64,000 nucleotides of DNA, from positions 308,357-372,356 of the forward strand of contig CAJUOU010000001.1 in assembly GCA_910588545.1 (NCBI GenBank). The letters run 5' to 3'. This document shows, piece after piece, positions 1 through 9,079 of this stretch (position 1 is the first letter of the stretch; each line of letters starts with the position of its first letter). The translations under genes and the position numbers were made by a program. The DNA is from an uncultured Christensenellaceae bacterium. Its GTDB lineage: Bacteria > Bacillota > Clostridia > Christensenellales > UBA3700. The notes below the pieces were generated by a model, which saw nothing but the letters and a program-made list of their open reading frames with translations, did not search any database and was not told where the DNA came from.

Positions 1-109
1 CTTTTCTTTGAGAGTTTAGCGATTAATTGGCTAATTTTGGCAATTTAGAATTAAATTGTTGTTGTATAATGTAAAATTTTTATATTTTATTAAAATGTAT
101 AAAAAACAT

Positions 110-138
110 TTGCCATATTATTTTATATATGCTATAAT
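110..138 (+). promoter_or_regulatory. sigma-A-like promoter for rpsB-tsf
   Basis: TTGCCA at 110-115, 17-nt spacer, TGcTATAAT at 130-138. This would leave a leader of about 95 nt before rpsB. Confidence 0.5.
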
Positions 139-238
139 TGCAATAGCCAAAAAACACTTAATGCTGAAACTTGTTCTCTGTGCCGAAAGGTTAGGACGGT
201 TTGGGAGGCATAAGGATGAAAAACAGGAGGATTATAAA

Positions 239-1027
239 ATGGCAGTTGTAACTATGAAAAGCCTTTTAGAGGCAGGTGTACACTTTGGACACCAAACAAA
301 AAGATGGAACCCTAAAATGGGTAAGTACATTTATGCAGCAAGAAATGATATTCACATTATCGATTTGCAAATCAGCGTTGGTTTGATTGAAGAAGCTTAT
401 GCTTTTATTAGAGATATCGCAAAAAGCGGTAAAGACATTTTGTTTGTAGGTACTAAAAAGCAAGCTCAAGATGCTGTTCGCGAAGAGGCTGAAAGATGCG
501 GTATGTACTATATGAACAATAGATGGCTTGGCGGTACTTTGACAAACTTTAAGACAATCAAAACAAGAATTGACAGACTTAAAAAGATTGACCAAATGGA
601 AGTTACAGGCGAGTTTGATTTGTTGCCTAAAAAAGAAGTTGCAGGTTTGAAAGACGAAAGAGAGAAGTTGGAAGCTAACTTGGGCGGTATTAGAGAAATG
701 AAAAATCTTCCGGGTGCAATGTTCGTTGTTGACTTGAAGAAAGAGGAAATCGCTGTAAAGGAAGCTAAGAGACTTGGTATCCCTGTAGTAGGTTTGGTTG
801 ATACAAACTGTGATCCGGATTTAGTTGATTACGTTATCCCTGGTAACGATGATGCAATTCGTGCAATTAAATTGATTGCTAGTGTTATTGCTAACGCAGT
901 TATCGAGGCAAACGAAGGTATCGCTTACGATGCAGAGGCAGCTGAGGCTGCTGCAGAAGCAGCTGCTAAAGAGGCAGAGGCAAAAGCTATGGAAGCAGCA
1001 GAAGTTGTTGCTCCGGTTGAAGAGTAA
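239..1027 (+). CDS. rpsB: 30S ribosomal protein S2
   Basis: [27 protein letters not shown]... is a typical bS2 N-terminus. Start placed at ATG 239 (AGGAGG at 225-230) rather than the upstream in-frame ORF start at 56. Carries an Ala/Glu-rich C-terminal tail. Confidence 0.97.
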   Translation: MAVVTMKSLLEAGVHFGHQTKRWNPKMGKYIYAARNDIHIIDLQISVGLIEEAYAFIRDIAKSGKDILFVGTKKQAQDAVREEAERCGMYYMNNRWLGGTLTNFKTIKTRIDRLKKIDQMEVTGEFDLLPKKEVAGLKDEREKLEANLGGIREMKNLPGAMFVVDLKKEEIAVKEAKRLGIPVVGLVDTNCDPDLVDYVIPGNDDAIRAIKLIASVIANAVIEANEGIAYDAEAAEAAAEAAAKEAEAKAMEAAEVVAPVEE

Positions 1028-1047
1028 TTTTAGGAGGAAAACCGTAT

Positions 1048-1893
1048 ATGTTTACTAATAAAGACGTTATGGCTCTAAGAGCTAAAACCGGTGTAGGTAT
1101 GATGGACTGCAAAAAAGCTTTGACAGAGGCTAATGGCGATATGGACAAGGCTATTGAGTTACTTCGTGAAAAAGGAATGGCTACTGCTAGCAAAAGAGCA
1201 GATAAAATTGCATCTCAAGGTATTGTTTATGCAATGACTAAAGCTAATACAGGCGTTTTAGTTGAAGTAAACTGCGAGTCTGACTTCGTAGCGCGTGGCG
1301 ACCAATTTAAAGAACTTGCCGATACAGTTGCAAATTATATTATCGATAACAATGTTGCAGATATCGAAGCTTTGAACAATGCTCAAGCTATTACAGATTT
1401 GGTACACGAGGCTATTGCTAAAATCGGTGAAAAAATCAATGTTAGAAGATTTGCTAAATTTAACGGAAACGTAACAAGTTATATTCACATGGGCGGTAAA
1501 ATCGGTGTTATGCTAGAGGGTACTTGCTCTGATGAAGTTGCTCACGATGTTGCACTTCAAATTGCTGCGGCTAATCCTTTGTATCTTGCAAAAGAGGATG
1601 TGCCAACTGCTGCTTTAGAAAAAGAAAAAGAAATTTTACGTGCTCAAGCATTAAATGAAGGTAAGCCTGAGGCTATCGTTGACAAAATGGTAGTTGGAAG
1701 AATTAATAAGTATTACAAAGATGTATGCTTGCTAGAGCAACCATTTGTTAAAGACGGCGACAAGGCTGTTAAAAACATTTTGGATGGTAGCATTTCCGCA
1801 TTCGTTCGTTATGAAATGGGCGAGGGCTTGGAAAAGAAAAACGAAGATTTGGCTCAAGAAGTTCAAGCTCAAATCGATGCTCAAAAGAAATAA
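1048..1893 (+). CDS. tsf: elongation factor Ts
   Basis: N-terminus [25 protein letters not shown] with an EF-Ts core. AGGAGG RBS. Immediately follows rpsB. Confidence 0.96.
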   Translation: MFTNKDVMALRAKTGVGMMDCKKALTEANGDMDKAIELLREKGMATASKRADKIASQGIVYAMTKANTGVLVEVNCESDFVARGDQFKELADTVANYIIDNNVADIEALNNAQAITDLVHEAIAKIGEKINVRRFAKFNGNVTSYIHMGGKIGVMLEGTCSDEVAHDVALQIAAANPLYLAKEDVPTAALEKEKEILRAQALNEGKPEAIVDKMVVGRINKYYKDVCLLEQPFVKDGDKAVKNILDGSISAFVRYEMGEGLEKKNEDLAQEVQAQIDAQKK

Positions 1894-1913
1894 ATATAAA
1901 ACAATTAAATTAA

Positions 1914-1941
1914 GGGAACACTTTTTCTGTTCCCTTTTTTT
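1914..1941 (+). terminator. intrinsic terminator after tsf
   Basis: Stem GGGAACA/TGTTCCC with a 7-nt loop, followed by T7. Confidence 0.85.
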
Positions 1942-2019
1942 AAGGTATACGTATTTTTGTTGGATTTTGTATAATAATTTTATAAACAGTTTAAAAGTGA
2001 TTTAATTAAGGAGAAAACA

Positions 2020-2721
2020 ATGGCAAAGTATAAAAGAGTAATTATCAAATTAAGCGGCGAGGCATTGGCAGGCGAAAAAGGTTTTGGCTTGGATGAGTCG
2101 GTTATCGATTATGTTGTTAAACAAATTAAAAAGGTTGCTAACGATGGTATAGAAGTTGGTATAATCATTGGTGGAGGTAACTTTTGGCGTGGAAGACAAG
2201 GCTCCAATATGGATAGGACTACTGCCGACCACATGGGTATGCTTGCAACCGTAATCAACTCGCTAGCTATGCAAGACGCACTTGAAAAACATGGTGTTGC
2301 TTGCCGTGTACAAACTGCACTTACCATTACAAGAGTTGCAGAGCCTTATATTTTACGTAAGGCAATGAGACATTTGGAAAAGGGCAGAGTTGTTATATTT
2401 GCTTGCGGTACGGGTAATCCATATTTCAGCACAGATACAGGCGCTGCATTGAGAGCTGCAGAGATTGGTGCAGAGGCACTTTTGCTTGCTAAAAATGTAG
2501 ATGGCATTTATGACAGTGACCCTAAAAAGAATCCGGATGCAAAAAAGTTTGATGAAATCGCATATATCGATGTTATCAAAAAAGGCTTGAATGCAATGGA
2601 TACTACTGCTATAAGTTTGTGTATGGAAAATAAAATTCCTGTAATTGCTTTTGCTTTGTCCGAAGAAGATAGTATCGTAAAAGCCGTTAACGGAGAAAAA
2701 ATAGGTACAATTATTCAATAA
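2020..2721 (+). CDS. pyrH: UMP kinase
   Basis: [16 protein letters not shown]...GGGNFWRG motifs; conserved tsf-pyrH-frr order. Confidence 0.96.
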   Translation: MAKYKRVIIKLSGEALAGEKGFGLDESVIDYVVKQIKKVANDGIEVGIIIGGGNFWRGRQGSNMDRTTADHMGMLATVINSLAMQDALEKHGVACRVQTALTITRVAEPYILRKAMRHLEKGRVVIFACGTGNPYFSTDTGAALRAAEIGAEALLLAKNVDGIYDSDPKKNPDAKKFDEIAYIDVIKKGLNAMDTTAISLCMENKIPVIAFALSEEDSIVKAVNGEKIGTIIQ

Positions 2722-2781
2722 TGGCTAACTGTCGCATAAATAAATGTTTAAAATCAAACTAAAAGTATTGCAAAATACCCC

Positions 2782-2810
2782 TTGATTTTAATTGCAGATT
2801 AGTGTATAAT
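2782..2810 (+). promoter_or_regulatory. sigma-A-like promoter upstream of frr
   Basis: TTGATT at 2782-2787, 17-nt spacer, TATAAT at 2805-2810. Confidence 0.5.
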
Positions 2811-2847
2811 AGTATTGTTATCAATAAAAATATTACGAGGTAAAATT

Positions 2848-3423
2848 ATGGCTTACGAAAGTATGGAAATATTGGAACTTTTTGACGAGTTCGAAACAAA
2901 AATGGATAAGTGCGTATCTAATTTGAAAAATGAATTTGCACAAATGAAAGCGGGAAGAGCAAATGCACATATTTTGGACAAAATAACCGCAGATTACTAC
3001 GGCACTGAAACACCTATCAATCAAATGGCAAATATAAGTATACCTGAGGCAAGACTTTTGGTTATTTCTCCTTGGGATGCAAGTTGCGTTAAAGCTATCG
3101 AAAAAGCGATAACAGCTGCTAATATCGGCATTACCCCTAACAGTGACGGTAAGGTTATACGTTTGATTTTCCCTGAACTAACGGAAGAGAGACGCCGTGA
3201 TTTGGTTAAACAAATCAAATCTACCAGCGAAAATTGTAAAGTTGTTTTAAGAAATGCAAGACGTGATATAAACGACAGCTTAAAGAAAATGAAAAAAGAT
3301 TCCGCAATTTCCGAGGATGATTGTGCAATTTACGAAAAGGATGTAGATAAAAAGCTTGCCGAGCAAGTTGCTATGGTAGATAAAGTGACTGCCGATAAGG
3401 AAAAAGAGGTAATGAGTGTTTAA
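2848..3423 (+). CDS. frr: ribosome recycling factor
   Basis: RRF-like sequence (...ITPNSDGKVIRLIFPELTEERRRDLVK...). Start moved to ATG 2848 (MAYESME), in frame with ORF start 2815. Confidence 0.95.
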   Translation: MAYESMEILELFDEFETKMDKCVSNLKNEFAQMKAGRANAHILDKITADYYGTETPINQMANISIPEARLLVISPWDASCVKAIEKAITAANIGITPNSDGKVIRLIFPELTEERRRDLVKQIKSTSENCKVVLRNARRDINDSLKKMKKDSAISEDDCAIYEKDVDKKLAEQVAMVDKVTADKEKEVMSV

Positions 3424-3613
3424 TCCGCGAGATTATATCGGTATGCCTTTTGAGAGTGCAAAAAACGTTTTGCAAAATATGGGGTATGTTGTAACGGAGA
3501 TGGAAAACACAGCCGATGATAGGCATGCTTACGATAGTAAATTAGTAGTAAGAGTAGATGTCTGTAATGAATGTATTACTTTGGTAACGGCAAAATTTTT
3601 AATGAAAATTTAA
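3416..3613 (+). CDS. small hypothetical protein (65 aa), overlaps the end of frr by 8 nt
   Basis: GTG start with AGAGG about 7 nt upstream; own terminator directly after the stop. The DYIGMPFESAKNVLQNMGYVV...LVVRVDV pattern is loosely PASTA-like. Confidence 0.45.
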   Translation: MFNPRDYIGMPFESAKNVLQNMGYVVTEMENTADDRHAYDSKLVVRVDVCNECITLVTAKFLMKI

Positions 3614-3636
3614 GTGGCGAATTGCCACTTTTTTTC
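3613..3636 (+). terminator. intrinsic terminator
   Basis: Stem AGTGGC/GCCACT with a 5-nt loop, then T7. Confidence 0.8.
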
Positions 3637-3760
3637 TGCAAAAGTGTTTTAATAATAGTGCAAAAACTGCGTAATTTTATTGTGTTATAATTAATAAGTT
3701 AGATTAAATAATATTTTGTTGTTTTTTATACAATAAATAGTACATAATTTATTTAACCTC

Positions 3761-3789
3761 TTGATTATTTAATAAAAAAGTAGTATAAT
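3761..3789 (+). promoter_or_regulatory. sigma-A-like promoter upstream of uppS
   Basis: TTGATT at 3761-3766, 17-nt spacer, TATAAT at 3784-3789. Confidence 0.5.
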
Positions 3790-3855
3790 TAAAATGTTTA
3801 AATATGCGTTGTCGCATATATATATAATATTAAATCGATTATAGGAAATAACGAT

Positions 3856-4542
3856 ATGGCAGAAACGAAAATCCCAAAACATATTGCGTTTATTATGGAT
3901 GGCAATGGCAGGTGGGCAAAAAGTAAACACTTGCCTAGGAGTGTAGGACATAGAGAGGGTGTTGTAAGTATGCGAAAAGTTGTGGAGGCTTGCTACAAAA
4001 AAGGTGTACAAGTTGTCTCTTTTTATGCTTTTAGCACGGAAAATTGGTCACGCCCGCAGGAAGAAATAGACACTCTTTTTGATATGCTTGAAAAGTTTGC
4101 AAAAACCGAAATCCCTAAATACGCTAAAAGAAATTTTATAATAAGAGCAATGGGGGACTTATCTGCTTTGCCTCAAAAAGTACAAACTGCTTTGGTTGAT
4201 AATATGAAATTGTGTGAGGGCAACACGGGTATGGTTGTAAACTTAGGCATAAATTATGGCGGACGAGATGAAATTGTAAATGCTGTCAAAAATTTGGTAA
4301 CTGATGGTTTGGATATTACAAAAGATAATATTTCCAAATATCTTTACACTGCGGATTTGCCTGACCCGGATTTAATGGTGCGCTCAAGCGGGGAAGTACG
4401 TTTATCCAACTTTATGTTATGGCAAATTTCCTATTCGGAAATGTTGTTTATGGATACTTTATGGCCTGATTTTGACGAGCAAACGATTGACGAAGTGATA
4501 AGATTGTATAATAAACGAGAAAGAAGATTCGGGAGGGTATGA
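3856..4542 (+). CDS. uppS: undecaprenyl diphosphate synthase
   Basis: HIAFIMDGNGRWA and RSSGEVRLSNFMLWQ cis-prenyltransferase motifs. Confidence 0.96.
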   Translation: MAETKIPKHIAFIMDGNGRWAKSKHLPRSVGHREGVVSMRKVVEACYKKGVQVVSFYAFSTENWSRPQEEIDTLFDMLEKFAKTEIPKYAKRNFIIRAMGDLSALPQKVQTALVDNMKLCEGNTGMVVNLGINYGGRDEIVNAVKNLVTDGLDITKDNISKYLYTADLPDPDLMVRSSGEVRLSNFMLWQISYSEMLFMDTLWPDFDEQTIDEVIRLYNKRERRFGRV

Positions 4543-4543
4543 C

Positions 4544-5479
4544 ATGATAAAAAGGATAGGTACTGCTATAATAATGCTCGCAGTCATATTGTCCTGCGTG
4601 TTTTGGCTTAGGATGTATTCGCTAATTATTACTGATGCAATTATTATGGCATTTGCGATAATCGGCGGATTTGAAATGTATAAAAGTTTAAAAAAGAAGT
4701 CTTTAAATAGGGCAGTTGTGGATGTTGATAATGGCGGATATAAGGTTAAAGAATTTAGATTGCAACCTATGGTATTGCCTATTGCTTTAAGTATGGTAAT
4801 AATTTATCCTCTAACTTACTTTTTTAAAGAGTTAGGGCTTGTTGCTACTTTGGCTGTAGGCACGATATCAAGCTTGATTATTTTGACAATTAAACACGAA
4901 AAATATAATATCGCAGATGTTGGGGCAACGGTATTTAATATTGTTTATCCAATTATAATAATGAGTATTATGGTTATTATGAATCATAGCTCTATGGGAT
5001 TGTTTAGTATATTTGCTACTTTTGCGGTAGTTGTAATGACGGATACTATGGCATATTTTGTGGGAGTTACCTGCAAAGGGCCTAAGCTTTGCCCTAAAAT
5101 AAGTCCTAAGAAAACCATAAGCGGTGCAGTCGGCGGCGTTCTTGGCGGTATCTTGGGTATGGTTATAGTATACTTGTTATTTTGCGAGTTTAACATTTTT
5201 GAATATATGAATACAGCAGGATTTATCCCTGTGGAATCTAGTAGTATATTTGCAAACAAACATTTAAATCTTGCTGTTTTGTTGCCGCTTGGTGCAATAT
5301 GCAGTGTGATTGCGGAATTGGGAGATTTAGCGGCAAGTATTATAAAAAGGAAAATAGGTATAAAAGACTATGGTAATTTGTTCCCGGGACATGGCGGTGT
5401 AATGGACAGAATAGATAGTTTTTTAGCTGTTATTCCTGTAATGTACATTGTGTTTGCTATTATAGAGGCATTAATTTAA
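4544..5479 (+). CDS. cdsA: phosphatidate cytidylyltransferase
   Basis: Multi-pass membrane protein with C-terminal KRxxxxKDxGxxxPGHGGxxDRxDS signature (KRKIGIKDYGNLFPGHGGVMDRIDS); follows uppS. Confidence 0.9.
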   Translation: MIKRIGTAIIMLAVILSCVFWLRMYSLIITDAIIMAFAIIGGFEMYKSLKKKSLNRAVVDVDNGGYKVKEFRLQPMVLPIALSMVIIYPLTYFFKELGLVATLAVGTISSLIILTIKHEKYNIADVGATVFNIVYPIIIMSIMVIMNHSSMGLFSIFATFAVVVMTDTMAYFVGVTCKGPKLCPKISPKKTISGAVGGVLGGILGMVIVYLLFCEFNIFEYMNTAGFIPVESSSIFANKHLNLAVLLPLGAICSVIAELGDLAASIIKRKIGIKDYGNLFPGHGGVMDRIDSFLAVIPVMYIVFAIIEALI

Positions 5480-5507
5480 TTTATTAAATTTTTGCTAAAA
5501 TCAATCG

Positions 5508-5521
5508 AAAATCGCTACTAT
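5508..5521 (+). repeat. copy of recurrent intergenic motif (AAAATCGCTACTAT)
   Basis: Lies 29 nt after the cdsA stop; see the motif finding. Could also be read as part of TTGCTA-18-TACTAT upstream of dxr. Confidence 0.4.
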
Positions 5522-5587
5522 TTTATTTAACTTAATTGTCGTAATATTGTAAAATAAATTTGTTTGAGCATTTTGCAAAGGGGTAGT

Positions 5588-6718
5588 ATGAAAGAAATAA
5601 TCATATTAGGGTCAACGGGGTCGATAGGAAAGCAGACTTTGGATATTGTAAAAAATTATCCCGATAAATTTTGCGTTGTAGGAATGTCCTGCAACTCAAA
5701 TTTAAGCCTTTTTAATGAACAAATTGCACAGTTTAAGCCCAAGTACGTTTATGTTAACGATAAAAATGCCGCAAAAAATTGTATTTTGCCTGTAGGGACT
5801 AAAATGGTCGGCTCCAGCGAGGAACTTGTTTCGATGCCTTGTGGACAAATAGTGGTTACTGCTATGGTAGGAATAAGCGGTTTAAAGCCAACTATTGCTG
5901 CTATAAACGGCGGTAAAGATATTGCACTTGCAAATAAGGAGACTTTGGTTGCCGGCGGAGATATAGTTATGCCTCTTGCAAAAAAGATGGGGGTAAATAT
6001 TTTACCTGTCGACTCGGAACATAGTGCTATATGGCAGTCAAGCGATTACGGCAGAGCGAAAGATATAAAAGGATTGATATTAACGGCAAGCGGCGGTGCA
6101 TTCCGTGGCATGACAAAGGAGCAACTTTTAAATGTAAAAGCTAAAGATGCCCTAAAACATCCAACTTGGAATATGGGGGCAAAAGTCACAATCGACAGCA
6201 GTACATTGATGAATAAAGGGTTGGAGATTATCGAGGCAAAACACTTGTTTAATATACCTGCCGATAAAATAAGCGTAGTAATTCACAAACAAAGTATTAT
6301 TCATAGTTTGGTTACATATAATGATAATAGCGTTATAGCTGAATTGTCTTATCCGGATATGCGTCTTCCAATTCAATTAGCGTTGACTTATCCTGCGAAA
6401 ATCGATAGTAAATTGCCTGAACTTGATTTGGCTAAGGTCGCTACTTTGACATTTGAAAATCCGGATATTAAAACTTTCCCTTGTTTAGGTATTGCTATAG
6501 ATTGCGCTAAAAAGGGAGGATTTTATCCTGCTGTTATGAACGCTGCAAATGAAATAGCAGTAGAGGCGTTTTTAAAGGACAAAGTAGGTTTTTACGATAT
6601 ACCTAGGATTATTGAAAAAACACTTGATAAATGTGATACGTCTTGCGATATGAGCTTGGATAATGTTTTTGAGGTGGATAAGCAATCAAGGATAATTGCA
6701 GGCGAATTGCTAAAATAA
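5588..6718 (+). CDS. dxr: 1-deoxy-D-xylulose-5-phosphate reductoisomerase
   Basis: MKEIIILGSTGSIGKQTLDIV, ...LANKETLV..., DSEHSAIWQ motifs. Start moved to ATG 5588. Confidence 0.96.
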   Translation: MKEIIILGSTGSIGKQTLDIVKNYPDKFCVVGMSCNSNLSLFNEQIAQFKPKYVYVNDKNAAKNCILPVGTKMVGSSEELVSMPCGQIVVTAMVGISGLKPTIAAINGGKDIALANKETLVAGGDIVMPLAKKMGVNILPVDSEHSAIWQSSDYGRAKDIKGLILTASGGAFRGMTKEQLLNVKAKDALKHPTWNMGAKVTIDSSTLMNKGLEIIEAKHLFNIPADKISVVIHKQSIIHSLVTYNDNSVIAELSYPDMRLPIQLALTYPAKIDSKLPELDLAKVATLTFENPDIKTFPCLGIAIDCAKKGGFYPAVMNAANEIAVEAFLKDKVGFYDIPRIIEKTLDKCDTSCDMSLDNVFEVDKQSRIIAGELLK

Positions 6719-6820
6719 AATTTAATTGTAATTATGCTTTGAGATTAGTATAAAAGATACTAAATTTAAAAAGATATATTATGAATGTAAAATAAAATTC
6801 GACTGTGTGTTAGGAGAGTT

Positions 6821-7924
6821 ATGGGATTTATATTGGCAGCGGTTACTTTTTCCGAAGTTATGAAATGGATAGGCTATGTTTTGGTAGCCTTGCTGTGCCT
6901 AATGTTTATGATTGTAGTGCATGAATTCGGCCATTTTATAGTAGGCAAATTGCTTGGTTTTAAAATTGACGAGTTTGCCGTGGGATTTGGACCTGCGATT
7001 GTAAAATATAACAGCAAAAAGTCGGGTATACTGTTTTCATTTAGATGTTTGCCGCTTGGTGGATATTGTGCTTTTCACGGGGAGACAGATAGCGAAAATA
7101 AAGAACTGACCAAAGATGACTTTAACTATCATAAGCCGTGGAAGAGAATACTTGTTTTTATTGCAGGAGCAGGCTTTAACCTTTTGTCAGCGGTAATACT
7201 TTGTACAATATTTTTTATGTCTTATGGCGAAATGATGCCAAAGGTTTCTGCTGTTTATCAATTTGAAGATGTAAGCATTCAGCAAAACTTGCAAGTCGGC
7301 GATATAATAATCGCAGTTGGTGGCAAAAGCATATATACAACAGCCTCTCCTAATGATTTGGTAAATAAAATCAACAAATACGAGGACAATATAAACCTTA
7401 CAATAGTGCGTGACGGGGAGGAAATGGATATCGTAGTCCGTCGCAGCGAATATGTAAACAAAGACAGTGAGGGCAATGACAACCGTATTAGGGGAATTGG
7501 TATAACTGTCGGCGAATATGTAGGGTATAGGTTTGGTTTTGTAACCGCACTTGGTCGTTCCTTTGTGTTTATCGTTAAATTGTTCGGTACTATCTTTATG
7601 GCAATAGGAAGTATATTTACAGGAGTAATAGGTGTTGGGGAAGCAGTAGGTGGTACTGTAACTGCTATACAGCAAATTGCTATGGTTTCGCAAGCGGGTT
7701 TTCGAGGTGTGCTTTTTGCGGTTTGTGCGTTATCTGCAAACATTGCCATTATGAACTTATTGCCGATACCTGCGCTTGACGGCTCGCATGTAGTGTTTAC
7801 TGCAATAGAATGGATAAGGGGTAAACCGCTTAACCGAAAGGTAGAAAATATTATCCATACAGTGGGATTGATATGCTTATTCCTACTTGCGATAGTGCTG
7901 GATATAGTGCATTTTGTAACATGA
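6821..7924 (+). CDS. rseP: RIP site-2 metalloprotease RseP/YluC
   Basis: HEFGHFIVGK zinc motif, internal PDZ-like segment, C-terminal NLLPIPALDGSHV motif. Confidence 0.93.
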   Translation: MGFILAAVTFSEVMKWIGYVLVALLCLMFMIVVHEFGHFIVGKLLGFKIDEFAVGFGPAIVKYNSKKSGILFSFRCLPLGGYCAFHGETDSENKELTKDDFNYHKPWKRILVFIAGAGFNLLSAVILCTIFFMSYGEMMPKVSAVYQFEDVSIQQNLQVGDIIIAVGGKSIYTTASPNDLVNKINKYEDNINLTIVRDGEEMDIVVRRSEYVNKDSEGNDNRIRGIGITVGEYVGYRFGFVTALGRSFVFIVKLFGTIFMAIGSIFTGVIGVGEAVGGTVTAIQQIAMVSQAGFRGVLFAVCALSANIAIMNLLPIPALDGSHVVFTAIEWIRGKPLNRKVENIIHTVGLICLFLLAIVLDIVHFVT

Positions 7925-7996
7925 TAAAGATTAATAAAGTTTTTAGACATACAAATAATTAGTCCAACTTTAAAAATAACAAAGGTTGTATAAAAT

Positions 7997-9019
7997 ATGA
8001 AAGTTAAAATAGGAAATATCACTATAGGCGACGGTGAAAAAATAGCCATTCAGTCTATGTGCAACACGAAAACTACAGATATATTGGGAAGTATCGAACA
8101 AATTTTGCAGCTTGAAAGTTACGGCTGTGATATTGTCAGACTATCCGTTCCCGATATGGAAAGTGCAGTAGCGTTGAAAGAAATTATAAATGGGGTGCAT
8201 ATTCCTGTAGTAGCGGATATACATTTTGATTACAGGTTGGCGATTGCCGCTTGCGATAGCGGAGTAGCTAAAATACGTATAAACCCCGGCAATATTGGGG
8301 ACGAAAAAAAAGTACAGTACGTAGCAGATTACTTAAATGAACGAAATATTCCTATACGTATAGGTGTAAATGGTGGGTCGCTTGAAAAACAATTTAAAGA
8401 TTTACCGCTTGCAGAAGCAATGTGTAAAAGTGCTTTGGGGCATGTAGCTCTTTTGGAAAAATATAATTTTTACAATACGGTTATCTCTGTAAAATCAAGC
8501 GATGTAAGAACAAGCGTGCAAGCATACAGGATGCTAAAAAATGCGTGCGATTATCCATTGCATGTTGGTGTTACGGAAGCAGGTATTTACGAAAAAGGAT
8601 TGATAAAATCCGCAATCGGCATAGGCAGTCTTTTGCTTGACGGAATAGGGGATACAATAAGGGTAAGTTTGTCGGATGAGCCGTATAAGGAAGTGCTTGT
8701 GGCAAAGGAAATTTTAAACAGCTTAGACCTTGGCGACCCGCATGTGGAAGTTATAAGTTGCCCGACTTGCGCAAGGACAAATATAGATGTTGCAGGACTT
8801 GCAAAAATGGTCGTGGATGCTACGAAAGATATCAAAAAGTCAGCAAAAATTGCCGTTATGGGCTGTGTGGTAAACGGTCCGGGAGAAGCTGCAAAATGTG
8901 ATTTCGGCGTTGCAGGCGGCAAGGATAAATCTGCAATATTTATAAACGGACAAGTAGTAAAGACGATAAGTAACGAGTTTTTGATTAATGAGCTTTTGGA
9001 TATGATTGCAAAGTTATAA
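7997..9019 (+). CDS. ispG: 4-hydroxy-3-methylbut-2-en-1-yl diphosphate synthase
   Basis: IQSMCNTKT, IRINPGNIG, and SCPTCART ... GCVVNGPGE cluster motifs. Confidence 0.95.
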   Translation: MKVKIGNITIGDGEKIAIQSMCNTKTTDILGSIEQILQLESYGCDIVRLSVPDMESAVALKEIINGVHIPVVADIHFDYRLAIAACDSGVAKIRINPGNIGDEKKVQYVADYLNERNIPIRIGVNGGSLEKQFKDLPLAEAMCKSALGHVALLEKYNFYNTVISVKSSDVRTSVQAYRMLKNACDYPLHVGVTEAGIYEKGLIKSAIGIGSLLLDGIGDTIRVSLSDEPYKEVLVAKEILNSLDLGDPHVEVISCPTCARTNIDVAGLAKMVVDATKDIKKSAKIAVMGCVVNGPGEAAKCDFGVAGGKDKSAIFINGQVVKTISNEFLINELLDMIAKL

Positions 9020-9036
9020 ATATTAAAAAACTTGTG

Positions 9037-9050
9037 AAAATCGGGGTTAT
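9037..9050 (+). repeat. weak copy of recurrent intergenic motif (AAAATCGGGGTTAT)
   Basis: Lies 18 nt after the ispG stop. Confidence 0.25.
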
Positions 9051-9079
9051 TTAATCTAGATAAATAAAAGAGGTACATT

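Noticed and set aside
145-238. The ~95-nt rpsB leader, relatively GC-rich (ctgtgccgaaaggttaggacggtttgggaggcataagg), considered as an S2-binding autoregulatory structure.
   Set aside because: I could not fold a convincing pseudoknot or hairpin by eye, and the characterised S2 leader I know is from gamma-proteobacteria. I left it as unproven.
7279-8049. Long antisense ORFs from the six-frame track: 7279-8049(-), 7187-7693(-), 8587-9105(-), 13092-13865(-), 22499-23002(-), 40460-41035(-), 44725-45168(-), 52370-52837(-).
   Set aside because: - Each lies fully inside or opposite a confidently recognised housekeeping gene (rseP, ispG, infB, efp, aroE, aroC, prmA).
- None has an RBS, and their translations are low-complexity or hydrophobic junk.
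- Such ORFs are expected in AT-rich DNA opposite real genes.
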